A stretch of 64,000 bases of DNA, taken from NCBI GenBank assembly GCA_001949185.1, contig BDGG01000001.1, positions 4,267,624-4,331,623 on the forward strand, in the 5' to 3' direction. This stretch comes from Ramazzottius varieornatus (Eukaryota > Animalia > Tardigrada). Shown one piece after another: positions 1 through 14,891 of this stretch. A program made the position numbers and the translations under genes. Each line of letters begins with the position of its first letter. Within the stretch, counting starts at the first letter, position 1. The notes beneath the pieces are model-generated. The model searched no databases. It saw nothing but the letters and a program-made list of their open reading frames with translations, and had not been told where the DNA came from.

Positions 1-16
1 CAAAAACACTGTACGG

Positions 17-41
17 GTGCGCCACTTCGAAAAACGATCTG
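17..41. repeat. right arm of the ~75 bp palindromic repeat (left arm outside the window)
   Basis: GTGCGCCACTTCGAAAAACGATCTG matches the right-arm consensus of the dispersed palindrome family. Confidence 0.75.
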
Positions 42-87
42 ATCGAATTTTTTTTTCAGACTCCCAAACTCATTTTACTTGGATCCA

Positions 88-3000
88 TTATTTTAAAAGT
101 AATTCCTTTGAGCCTTGGTTACTGACCAGGAGTTTCTGCGACACCATTTCAGCAGCATGTTCGTTATTCTGCCTTATCTGTTCTGCTAGAGCCACGTTGT
201 AGTCCATCACGGCACTGAGATCTTCCAAACCGGTCGGTGCTGGTTCCTCAACTTTGCCAAGCGGAAACGTGGACTGTGTTTTATCTGGCAGGTATGTCAT
301 GAACTTCTTGCTGGAAAGGTCGATGCGTCGCTGATTGGAATTGTAGCTGGGTCTTTTACGGTAAAAGTTATCGTGCGGTCCGGGTGGAAGTAGGTTCTGG
401 TAGGGTCGAGCTGGCCAAGTGGAAGGAGTTCCCAGGACGGCTATGGCGTGACCGTTGTCTCCCCATATGGACGGACTGGGCCTTGGCGAAACCTTAGACT
501 GCGACGACGAAGGTTCTGGATCAAAGTTGATCTTTCTTGGAATCTTGAAGACCATCTGTAAAGCCAAACGGCTCTAATTTTACTCACTTTATTCACTATG
601 TCTTCACGCACCTGCATACCTCAGCACTACTGTATCCACACAGCTTACAGTATGCAGGTGAATAATCGACTGACACAATGTTATGTTCGACGGCTTTCCG
701 CACTCCCTGCATACAGGTGGCACACGCAAAAAGGGAAAATTTGAAAGATGCGATTCCGAAACAGCGGAACGGAAGTTAGTACGTTTGCAATTCTCAAATT
801 TGCCGTCATTTCCGCCGGTTCCAAACTTTCCCTTCGTGCGTGTACCGTCTAGGCAAAAATGCAAACTTGCAAATTCAGCGCACAACTGATACGGTTGAAA
901 AGGGAACTTAGGAGCGTATTCTGCTCCGAGCACAGCACCAGAAAGAGCCTGACAAATTGCTGTATGACTCAACTGTTTAGGACAGTCTGGCAAGCTCTTC
1001 CGGGTGGCCGCTTCTCGCATCCTGTGCAGTTACCAGATAAAGCGCCCAAAACAAAATAATACGAGCTCCGCTGCGCCAGCCAACCCGGGCATCAAGCGTG
1101 CCGGAAAAGGTGCCTATATGGTAGCGTAATAAATCAGGCGTACGTTAGTAAGCAGGTACGTGATTGACTGATGTACTATTTGCCAGGCAGTAACTTCATC
1201 GGGAAAAACATTCGTTCCAAATTTAGCACTTGTTTTTTTCGGTATGGAATTTACCTTCAGACTGTCCCAGCTATCCAACAGCTCCGAAGCTTTTTGCTTA
1301 ACCTCAGTACTATGATCCACATTGGTGACTACCGGTGCCATCCGATCCGACGACGGTTCCTCCTCGGCTTCTTCCTTTGACAGCACTTTCTGCGAAGGCT
1401 CACTATTCTCTTCCTCCTTGACTTTCACCTCTTGGCTGCTGCTGCTGTCTACAGGAACGGCTGACGTTGCAGGAGACGCCCACAGATCCACATCCATCTT
1501 CTCCTCCTTGATGGTCAGCTCATCATGTTCAGTCACGGTGACAGTGGGTGTGAAATCAGCCTTCTCGACCACAGCTTGAGCCAAAGCGGTGGCCGTTGCC
1601 GCACTCGCTCCTTCTGTCTCGACCACTCTTCCAGCCCACTCTTTGACTTTCGAAAGTACTCGAGAAGTCTCCAGCGCGTTCTTTGAAAGGATCGGCAGCA
1701 TCGCCAACGTATTCAACAACTAGAAAATTTCAACATAGACTGTTCACAGACATTTCGAACAGTGTTTCTCTTTGATCGGGTTTACATTTTTCATCCCTCT
1801 GTACTCTGCTCGAAAGGTGTGTTCCGATTTTACTGCGAACCGCCATTGTAACGGAACTCAGAAGTGAGCGGCCAAGTCTTTTCTCATCAACCTTAAACCT
1901 AGGGAGCAGAGTACAGAGGGAATCTTTACTGTTGTTTCGAATATCGAAGTGAACTTTAGTATGAATACCTATACAGTTAAGTTACCTCGAGCTTGATTTC
2001 GGATCGGGAGTTCTGGCACGAGAACATGAGGGCTGCCAGGATGGTCAGACCCTGACACCGTAAGAAGGCCCGAAGGGCTTCATGGTAGTTCTCCGAGTTC
2101 TGAATGACGTTGAGTAACGTCAGCCGATCGTTATCTTCCTCGACGCGCAGCAGAAGCCGCGCCATTCGTAGAGCCTGGTCATCCGTACGAATAGACCCGG
2201 ACTGAACGAACTTGTCAATCTCCGACACCATCTAAAAATAAAAAAACAATTAAGCTGTTCTACCAGCCAATATTAGGTTGACGGAAAAGAATGAACCACC
2301 TTGCGATCGCTGATCTCTCCTTTCGCAGTCTTTCGTTTATCATCGGAAACGGAGCCGATGAACCCGCGACAAGAGACACTGCCACAGTAACATCGCTGAG
2401 CCTTCTTCCCGTACCGTTCAAACTGGTAATCTATCGTGATTTCCTCCCCAGCCAGGATCGGCCGAAGGGCGAAGAAGCCGATACGCATTTGACCATTTAC
2501 CGTCCACTATAACAGTAAATATCAGATCAATCTTCATACGAAAGAGCAGAAAACTTGGAAAGATTTATGAAGAAGAACGAACCTTTTGGGTTTCAGCGTT
2601 CGGATCGCAGCTATGGTTCGTGAACCTCATTATGTTACCCTTCCGAGTGGCATCGATGACTTCGTCGTTGTTCAGGGCCATGGAATAATGATGCTGGAGG
2701 TTGATCTTGTCATACTCTTTCTGGCGTTTCTTGAACTGCCTTTGGTCCAGGATCTCCCCAATATACTCACATATGAACTGCCCGCTGCAAACAACCGCAC
2801 AGATCAAAAGCTATCCTTTCAAATGCGAGCCTTTCCATGTAGAAAGCGGAAACCTACGTCGTCACTGAGGTTTTGGCTCGGATGCCATGTCCCTTCGAAG
2901 AACCTGCATTGAAGACCTCAATGCTCGGATACTCCCTCTGAAAACCAAAGACGCAAATTACCGCCACTACTTGGTATGTCAGCGTAAAAGCTAATACAAA

Positions 3001-5082
3001 ATCCTCAGCGCAAACCAATTTGCGTACCCGCTGAAAGCGTTTGTTGGAGCAGAAATCTTTGGCAGCGCACTTTGGTCCGCATTCAATGTACAGCATCCGA
3101 TTCAGACAGCCTTCTGTACATCCTTCCATCCCCATCTTCGCGTCTTCAGCTGAGAAAGTGCACTCACACCGCATCTTCCGAGCTTCACGATCCTCCCTTT
3201 GCCTGAACAAACGCATACCTCTCGAAAACTTCATCACAACCAAACGCAGCGAAATCATAGTTTTCTAATTCTACTTTGCTTTCATTCAAATGTTTTTTGG
3301 TTTCAGTGGAAAAGAAACTTACTTGTGTTTGGCAAGGCGAATGCATTCAGGGATAATTTCGTAGGGTGTAGGAGCCATATTTTCCACAGGTCTGTTGGTC
3401 TCAACTTCGGTGATGTCCTGTAAAACTTTCCCCGAATCTATACTGCTTCTGGACTGACAGGAAGGTTCTTCAGTAGACTGAGGTGCGGAGACGGTAGCTT
3501 TCTCTGCCCACCGATTCTTCAGCTTTCTGGGGCGATTCTGGTCAGACACGTCTTCCTGGTCTTTCAGTTCCGACGACTGAGAGTGGGCGTCGTCACTGGC
3601 AGCATCACCGGAAAGCAGGCGATCTTTCACCAGCGAGTCAGGTCCAGCTCCGTTGTTCGGAATACTAATCGGTTGATCCGTTAGAACCTAGAAAGAACAA
3701 AATGCAAATATGCAGTAAGAATAGTTCCACTAAAGAATCAAAGCAACAACAATCATTTCCAAGCAGAAACGACAATAGTAAGAAAACTTCAAATTGTTAA
3801 CCATTCCACAGAGCGAACTTGAATGTTTATTAAATCAAAGTAATACCGAAGAATGACGAAAATAAAGTACGACTTGAAAAAACAGAAAATATTCACCTTC
3901 TTCTTTCGTCCACGACGAGACTTTTCAGGACGATGTGCCGAAGACGCGCTGGACAAGGGCTCAGCTGGCTGGGACATGGTTCTTTCTCCCGATACGGGCT
4001 GAGCGGCGGGACTTTTGGCAGGAGATGGAGGTTTATCGTCCGACTTACCACTATTCCTGGTTGAGCGTCTTCGTCCTACGGCACTTCCGCGACTAGCTGC
4101 TCTCCGACGAGGTTTCTTCTTGTTCTGATCTTCTTCAGCAATCATCTGGTCAAGACGACTTTCAAAGTCATCGTCTTCCTCTTCGTAGTCGTCTTCGGTG
4201 TCCGGAATCTGATCGCGCAGGTCGGTGACTTTCAACAGGCGCTCCACGTGCTTGTTGATGAGATCGTCATCGGTAGTCTGCTTACGTGGCGAACTTCTTT
4301 CTGGCCTAGGTTGCGAGGATTCTGAATACAGGTCAGAAGGTGCAGGAGAATGCCAATTGGAGATGAGATCCGTGGAGGTGGCTGAACCACGGCGGGATAG
4401 CTTAGAAGGGGAATATGTTTCATCAACAGCGTCGCTGGAAGTTGGCTCTACCATATCTACATTATGCAAAAGAGCAAGTCATTACCTGACACGGAAAGCC
4501 TAAATACCACGTCTTACAGTTCCTAAGAGCTACCAGAAGGCCCAAGCAATAGTGAGAATAAGAGAACAGCCATCAATCGGGAGGGAGGCGGTGGAGTTCC
4601 TCTGCCAGGAAGTACGTACTACCACCAGTAAAACTGCCACCAGCGATATCGCGTAGCTGTAAAATCAGATTATTCGTACGCATGCACGGTCTGTGCTAAA
4701 GACCCCTGAGAAAATTCGAAACCGAACCAGCCCCTTCATGATGCTTGTTTGATTATCGTCCAACCATAAGTCTGTTGGGTTAGGAGCCAGAGAGCTGGTT
4801 CCCGTCTTCCCGAAGATACTTACGGTGAGGCGACGAAGACGAAACAGTTTCCGACGATAGAGGTTGGCTCAAAGAGGTCTCGGATGGATTTGGGATGGTG
4901 AGAAACTTGAATTTGCCCATTCTTTTCGTTTCGCTGGTGGTAGCAGAGGACGAGCTGCAGGCCGTGGTAGAGCCCGACATTTCGCCACTGTCTGCATGGA
5001 CGATGCCCCCGTTGGTCATCCCGAAACCAGTTGGCGGAATAATGAAGAGCTGAGGTGTAGGGAATGAAGCAAAACGATCCAT
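88..5082 (-). CDS. SETD2: histone H3K36 methyltransferase SETD2/Set2 (multi-exon; 3' end beyond window start)
   Basis: AWS (CECTF...GCLNRMLYIECGPKC...CSNKRFQ, 3030-3258), SET (GHGIRAK; FICEYIGE; DATRKGNIMRFTNHSCDPNAETQK; RIGFFALRPILAGEEITIDYQFERYG) and post-SET (CYCGSVSCRGFIG) lie across GT-AG-bounded exons. The DYQFxRYG-CxCGSxxCRG ending is SETD2-type. The start at 5082 is presumed. Confidence 0.9.
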
Positions 5083-5646
5083 GGTCGCGACGAAATTACG
5101 GCGTCAATGTCATAAGTCTCCGGAAAAGGAGCACCCGACAAGGCTGCGACGTCTCAGCGTACTCCTCTCGTTGTCTTCAGCATCTTCCTGTCTTCAATGT
5201 GTTGTTCCACGTGTCCCACAGAGGCACATAAAACATAAGATATCATGATCCATTACATCCCGCTGGCAGTTTCACTTCAGGAGAATATCTGGAAAGAAGA
5301 TAAAGTGTTTTACGGCGACAAAAATGGGAGTTTGATCAGTCTAGAAACCAGGCGCTTTTACACAACACACTGTTACAGAGAGCAATGCGCGTTGGTTGCT
5401 GTCCCTGTACGGCGTTTCATTGGAACGCATCATTGAAAAATGCATTGCGCTTACGGAACGGCTTGAACCGATGTCAATTTTCAGACGGGACGGATGGAGC
5501 GACTGTGGGAACCGAGTGAACAGCTTGCCGATTCGGGCACGCACACATGTTTCGCCTACCATCCACCGAGCAGGAGATCCCAGAATTTCTAGCATCCCTC
5601 CTTGCTTTCGGATTATCCTGACACTTTATCACCATCTGCCGTGAAC

Positions 5647-7927
<2,281 letters not shown>

Positions 7928-8350
7928 GCTATTCGACTGGGCTACTATTGTCATTTTGTAATTTTACGCGATACAGTTGTGCAGTTGGTGTGTGAAGACT
8001 CTGCTGGGCGATAGTTCGCCGATTCTTTCGAGATTCGTAAGAATATTCTGTAAGCATTGTTTGAAACTTTGAGACGAAACAGAAAATGTGTTGATGTGAC
8101 GGACGAAACCAATAAAATATTATTTATGCGTGACAAAATATTCAGGTGTATACCGGAATCTAGGCACAGAAAATATCGGTTTAGAGAACAAACCAGAATA
8201 AAATGACGAAAACCGGACAGAAACTATGTTGTTTGCCGAAGAGGCAGGTGAAGTGATGAATTATTTAACGCCTTCAGCAGATTTTGCCTTTTTCATACAG
8301 TATGTACGGAAGGCCCGTAAAATCCTTGCCGACCACGGCCTTGTCAGCTA

Positions 8351-9601
8351 CATGAGTAGGGGGTTCAATAAGTTTTAAGGCGTCACTGCCCTAGTAGACC
8401 CATATTTTTATCCCACTGTCCAAAACGAAGCTGACTTATTTACGGCCGGTTCAGTACCAAAAGACCCGACCAAAAGACCCGCGTAAGTTACAGTTTGGGC
8501 ACTTGACGAACTTTTCACCTTCCCCGTTAACATGGCGCACTACGATGAGCCATTCTGCTGACGCGTCATATTGTACAATTTCAAGCGGAATTTGACGACA
8601 CGGAAACGCTTCGAGGAGATGAGTAAAGTGTTAGGGGATTATTCCTCGTCGGATCACCTGTTGAGTACTGGTACAGAAATTTTCATCGAAAGATTTTCGA
8701 TCTGGAAGATGCTCTACGTTTTGAGGCTGCTGTTACGCCGCGCACCGACGGAAACATTGCCTTGACACACAAGGCGGAGGAACCGGAGATTTCAGGGGGA
8801 CTGCCGAACAGATATTACACGACGATCTTAATTTGCACAAAATTCGTGCTCGATGGGTACCTCATGGACTGACGGAGGACTAACGTCCGTCAAGAGTTCG
8901 TTGTTGTGAGCAGATGTCTCCTATCCTGGAGCCGAACAGAAAGTACAATGCAGTGACTGGTGGTAAATCTTATACGAGTATCTCTTATTGCGACCGAAAA
9001 CGGAAGGAACAGAACAAGGAATGGCTCGAGAAAAAAAGTGGCGCACCCATAGTTGTCCGGCACCGAGGAGCATCAAGAACCATATGTATGAGTTTTTTCC
9101 TGGATCGGAACGGAGTTATTTTCTATACAAAGCTACTGCATACACCGTCGATGCTTCTCGCACTCATTAACAGTTTGAAGCCTCTGTTTGAGATCCTGAG
9201 AAACAGACGTCCGAAAGCCGGACTTCGGGGGAACTGATTCACACGATAACGCGAAGTCACACAGCGCACTTGCAACAGCGGGTTTTTTGGCCGAGCAGGA
9301 GCTTCATATTATTGTTCATCCCCCTTATTCTCCTATTTGCCTGCGATTTCCAGGTTCTTCCACAACTGAATGATCTTTTAAAGGGAAAATCATTTTCGAC
9401 GGTAGAGGAGCTCGATGGCGCCAGCGATGACGCCCTTGCTTTTTTTGATAAAACTTTTACCACAGAATGTCTGACGACTGGATTCCTCGATGTAAACGTT
9501 GCATAGTGGTCGGTGGTGCTTACTTTGGAAAGTTGTGAAGCTCGGGCGAACGAGTAATTTGTAATAAAATCACCTTTAAAACTTATTGAACGCTCTTTCT
9601 A
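8351..9601 (+). mobile_element. decayed mariner (Tc1/mariner) DNA transposon, ~1.25 kb, with transposase pseudogene
   Basis: Imperfect TIRs: GTTCAATAAGTTTTAAGG at 8363-8380 and its reverse complement CCTTTAAAACTTATTGAAC at 9573-9591. Transposase relics: RARWVPHGLTED* (~8845-8883; WVPHEL signature), VTGG (VTGD with first Asp lost), HDNAKSHSALAT (9242-), HPPYSP then a frameshift, and CDFQVLPQLNDLLKGKSFSTVEEL. Confidence 0.9.
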
Positions 9602-10355
9602 CTGTATTTCGTAGAAAAATGGCAGATTGACTGTGCGCTGAAGAAGACCTCACAGCTGAATCGTTGAGGTTTTCGAAAAGAAGTTATCGGAGCGCGTCGA
9701 TCACTTATGTTTGCTACCGTAAACGCTGACGATTTCTGGCCATCCATCCATTCTACCTTACGGAGTGTACATGAGAAGATAAATCAGTCATCGTCTGTTT
9801 GTTTGCATAATGACCGGTAAATGTACACTGGCAGGAGTGCTATGGTGTTACCTTGGTCTCTGCTGCTGCACTATACATGGAATAAAGTTTTGTTTTACCA
9901 TTTGGGGGTTACAAACAGTGCAAGCAGATCAACTTGTTGAATCAGTCTCAGCTCAGTGTCTACGTGCGAACGAAAAGGTAAAGTTAACCTGACAAGGCAT
10001 ATTATGCTTCCTCATAACTTCGTTCACCGAATAGCGCGAGTATCGACAACCATTGGTGGCGGCCAGCGACGGAAGGAGTGTCCGGAATCTGCTTTATTTG
10101 CCAGAGCTCGAGTTATGATTTGCTCCATAACCGTCGCGCTTGTCACTTTGATAGATTGTTTAGTCGGCTGCCGTTGAAGCGTTTGTGAGAAGTGGAAAAC
10201 ATAGGAAACTGGTTCGAGGTATTTAGAGGCTTGTTTTCCTACGATACTCCGTGGTATTCTGTTCGTGCTTCAATTGGCTTTTAAAGAGTTCTGAAATAAA
10301 CGTTTATGCTGTGTTGAACAAGCTTATCGTTGAGAGCAAAACAGTCGAGAGGACC

Positions 10356-12658
10356 ATGGAGAACGTGACTGTTTATGGTGCAGCCGAGGATTCGGCGTCA
10401 GCAGTTCATCGCGCTGCGGAAGCTGACCAGTCGATGATGGAAGATGATCATCCCGGAAGTAACCGCACGGACTCACCGTAAGTCACCGTACTGACATATT
10501 GGGCTGGAAAGACCAAACATTTGTAATTGTTAATTTAGTCCTGGCAAAAGTTTTGGTCTTTCCTAATTCGTTTGATCTACGAATGCAGTTCCGGCTTTCG
10601 GCAAAACTGGTAAAATGTAACTACCGATCTCTCGTGACGTAATTTCTCCTCCTTTACACATCTTTTTGTCGTTCGAAAATCGGTTTGACACAGCAAAACC
10701 AATATCTCTGAATATTCACAAAGTTTCATTTGATTTGCCAACCTTAACATCTACTTTTTGACAAAAGTTGCGTCGGTATAGTACTATGCTACCTGTAGTG
10801 TCCAACATTCATTCGTGCTAATTTCAGATCAAATTCGAGCATCAATCCAGACGTGGTCGGTAGGGAGGGCGGTGGACCGAATCAAAAGCCTTCCGTTAAG
10901 AGCAATTACCAGCGACGGCCGAAACCACCCTTTTCCTACATCGCGCTGATCGCAAAAGCCATACGGGCGTCTGCCACTGGGAAACTGACCCTAGCCGAAA
11001 TCAACGACTACCTGATGAAAGAATGGCCCTTCTTCCGCGGGGATTACACCGGCTGGAGGAACTCAATCCGTCATAACCTCTCGCTTAACGAATGTTTCAA
11101 GAAGGTTCTCCGCGATCCGAACCGCCCATGGGGGAAGGACAACTACTGGATGCTCAACGAATCTTCGGATTACACCTTCGCTGACGGGGTATTTCGTCGA
11201 CGTCGCAAGCGACTGCATAAAAAATGCCGAAGCGGAGGACGAGCCACAGGAGGCGGTCGGCTTGTCAACGAGTTTAACCCTGAGCACAAACACGGTACGT
11301 GAGTGATTAACATAAACTATGACAAGTGTTTGAGGTCGCCGCATGTTCACAACCACACAACATTTGTACTTGCTAATTTAAGGTCAGAGTAGATTACCGA
11401 ATCATTTGTAGGACATGTGAGACGAAGGCAGAGCGCGCCGAAAGACAGGATTGTGTAAAGCTTATACGACAACTTTTCCAGAAGGTCTCCACGCGCAGTA
11501 ACGAATCCGCGTGCCTATTGACACTCGGTATTAAGCTCTTGGCCACAGCCAAGGTGACAGATTGCACAAATACCGGCTTAGAGTGTTTTTCTTGGACTAT
11601 CACATGATGGTCACCGCTAACCTTACCACACTAAAGCTCACACGAAGAAACTCAACCTTTTGAAACGAGAAAATTTTAAAACATATTAGCTTTAACGAAC
11701 ACAATACGTCAAGAGGGAGAAAATAGTTCCGAAGTTCACATCAATAGTAGACTGAAAAGTCACCGAGTGGAAAATTCAGGATCGTTTTAATAACACATGC
11801 AAGAACCGCATTTCCATTTTTACTGTTGTAGAGAACTTCCGAAATCGTCGACAAAGTTCTTTCTTGATCGATGATCTTCTCGGAAGACGACAGCAGTGCA
11901 GCACTTCAGAAGAAGATAGACTGGAAGGGGCAGCCGTCGGTCTGGACGAAAATATTCCCTCGAGATCGTCCATCACGAGTAGAACCACGAAGCTTCCTCC
12001 TTCTGTTCAAAGCGACGATACGGCTGAAGAGGTTTGCGGTAGCCGCTGTAGCCAAGTCGAGGCCTCTTCAAAGCGCAAAAGTGTTTCCGCCACTGCAGCT
12101 GCTTCTGCCAACAATAAGACAAGAAAGCTTCTTGATAACAGTGTATCAACGGCAGTGAAGAAATCAAACTCATCGCATCGCCATCATTCGGCAATTGGCC
12201 ATCAGCTTAAGCTGGTGCCTCATTCGTCATCCCCGTCAAGGAGCCCATCCGTCTCCTTAAACAAACATGTCACAGCTTCCGTAAGCACAAATGCCAAACA
12301 GGCCAAGAAAGAAGCAGCTTTGCCCAAGCCGGACGACATTATCAAGCCCAAGTTCCTCCGCTATTCCTCGGCCAAATGGGAAGAAGGAGAAGTGCAACCG
12401 TTGTCGGCTTATCCATTCTGGCTCAATGGCGCCTGTTTACCCAGGCATCATCCTCATTCCCTGATGGCCATGCAACCTTATGCCGGCTTTCCATTCTCCG
12501 CCAACACATTCCCAGCTAATCTGTATCCTTTCTTGTCATCGCAAGCATTGACCCAAATGGCAGCCGGTTGTCTTCCGGGTCCTGACGCCGCCCAACTTCA
12601 GTCGGCCGTCTGTTCCATTCCAAATTTTTCTTCGTATATGCTAAAACCATTCACTTGA
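10356..12658 (+). CDS. FOXQ1: forkhead box Q1 transcription factor; exons 10356-10477, 10828-11294, 11832-12658
   Basis: Forkhead domain RRPKPPFSYIALI...YTGWRNSIRHNLSLNECFKKVLRDPNRPWGKDNYWMLNESSDYTFADGVFRRRRKRL carries FoxQ1-diagnostic residues. An eh1-like FLIDDLLG follows. Splice phases join the three exons in frame. Confidence 0.9.
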
Positions 12659-12914
12659 TAAGTCTGGTTTGTCAAGACCTCCACCATTTCTCGTTTCCTG
12701 GAATATGTGCCTAGACTTGTTGGTGATGTTTGGTATTTTGCGTTATTTTATTCCCGTTGCCTTTGTTCAAACCAGAACTGTTCTTTTCGACCAAGTTCTC
12801 ACAGATTTTTTCACAGTTACTCAACGTTAGCTCCAGTTATATTACTCCCGATACAGCAGACTAGAAAAAGAAGTTGTTATTTAGGGCGTCGGCAAATGAA
12901 CTGTACGTGATTGT

Positions 12915-12989
12915 AAATTTGTAATGTCTGGCGGCGCACGTTGTCCTTGTCGTTGTTAGCAAGCGTGCGCCACTTGGGACAACGATCTT
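12915..12989. repeat. ~75 bp palindromic repeat copy
   Basis: GCGGCGCAC, 25 nt spacer, GTGCGCCACTTGGGACAACGATCT; the left arm is degenerate. Confidence 0.75.
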
Positions 12990-14891
12990 GCTCAAGTCAT
13001 TTGCCGACATTCCATGAACTGGAACAATGATTTCGGGAAACCGAAAAACTTTCTCTTGTCACAGCACTTGAGTATGGTGGGGAAAGAAATGGGCGTTGGC
13101 TTGAATGAGAACATTCCGGACCCCCAAAAGGTCAATTGTATTCGGAAGTCAAGTTCGGCTTTTAGATACCAGGACAGTACTTGCGGGGATTTATGCAGCG
13201 GAATGAATGGATTTACAACCAAGAATGAAGCGTTTGTTTGAAGAGAAGTCATGCCCATGCAACAATGCCGGTTTATTGGTTGGCGAAGTGCATGATAGGC
13301 TTTGGTAGTTCATGCGAGTACACAGTACACTAACTTGTAGTCTTCATAACCATTGCGCACTTGACAATGGTTTTGCCGGATAAAGCGCCTAGTATCGTTT
13401 TCGCAATGGCCGGCTCATCTGTAAGTTATCTTCATATGGAGAACCGGCTAAACAAGTCTCTTATCCGGACGGATATACATATATTTTGCCAAACCGAACA
13501 AACGATACAGACGAGCATAACATTTGATCGCCTTGCAGCGCGGCTACGCATACATTGGCTCGTAATGTCAACCTTGAGTTGACAGAACCTTTCTGCATTA
13601 TCTCTAGAAGGGGCACTTGAAGGCGACGCATCGTCGAGATTGAATTACGGAATTCTTGCTGCTTGATCGGCTGTAATATGCCCGTGGATGACTGGTTAAG
13701 TGTCGTTTACAGCCAGTGACCATTTCGCCATTGCAGTTGCCAGCCAGACACCCTCTAGGTTTTCCGTAATTTATTCTAAACATAGCATGAGAATTTACCT
13801 ACCACCCACTTACCTGTATATAAAATTACTTACAGACGTGTAGCTGAAAAGTAACTGATAAATATTCCGACTTAATTAGAGTGCGCCATTCAGAGTCCCT
13901 CATAGCAGGATGACTGACAAAAGCTAGAATATTTCAACATTTTGTTTGTCTTCTCAGGAAGATATACGAATGCTTGCTTTTCCATTGACTAGCGTACTTT
14001 AAGTAGGCCGAACGCTGAGGGCCAAACACAGGCGTGAAATATCGTGGAGCCCATCTTCACTAAGCGAAGAATTCGAACTGTGGGACTGTACAAAGAGCGC
14101 GCGGGTTGACAGGGGTGAAGCCGGCGGGTTGATCGTGGGCTCCTAGCTGAGAAATTACTCGGTACAGGTGTGACCTTACAACACCAACTGTTTAGCTTCC
14201 TGGCAGAACACCGCTTCTAAATGGACTGTCTGCCATGTCAAGCAGGAGATAAACATGGAGATAGATGGTAGAACAAAAGAAGAATGGTTTGTCGGTCTTT
14301 CGTACCTAGAGCCCAGATAGGGAAAGTGTGGATCTCAAATGACTGTAGAAGAGATTAAATGCAGACGTCAAATATGTCTCTTGTCCCTAATCTCCATAAG
14401 TGGCCAAGTATTAGTTTGGTCAACGTGAATCGCAGTAACGTTAACTTTATCTCCTTGTGCCCAGCCAACGGGAATTATGTCCCTCATGTTTGTTCATGCG
14501 CCTACGGGAAATCATAGATTCCGGGGGCGAGCAGATCTAGAGAAAGATGGCCGATCGCGAACTCCATAAGGCTAATACTACTTGACTGTCGACAGAAGCT
14601 GACATCTTGGATTACCTTTGTCAGTTGGTTGACCGCAAAACAATACGATCGCATACTCGTCCACCGCAAACGCCATTCGCAATGAACCATATCGGAAACA
14701 AAATGAGCTCCAACTCGTGTACTGCACAAAGAGATATTCATTCTCATTCAGATTTTCAGAACGATTTTATTCCAACTTTTTAGTGAAATACTGACTTTAA
14801 AATTAATAACTTAAAATTTCGTGGGCAATTGGTATCTCTAAATACGGGCATTTCATTGGTAAACAAAGTTCGAAAAGAATTATTGCGCGCG

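Noticed and set aside
9038-9050. AAGTGGCGCAC motif inside the mariner relic (also ~56253 in RalGPS coding sequence and ~24613)
   Set aside because: These are isolated core matches without a partner arm at 24-25 nt, so they were not counted as repeat copies.
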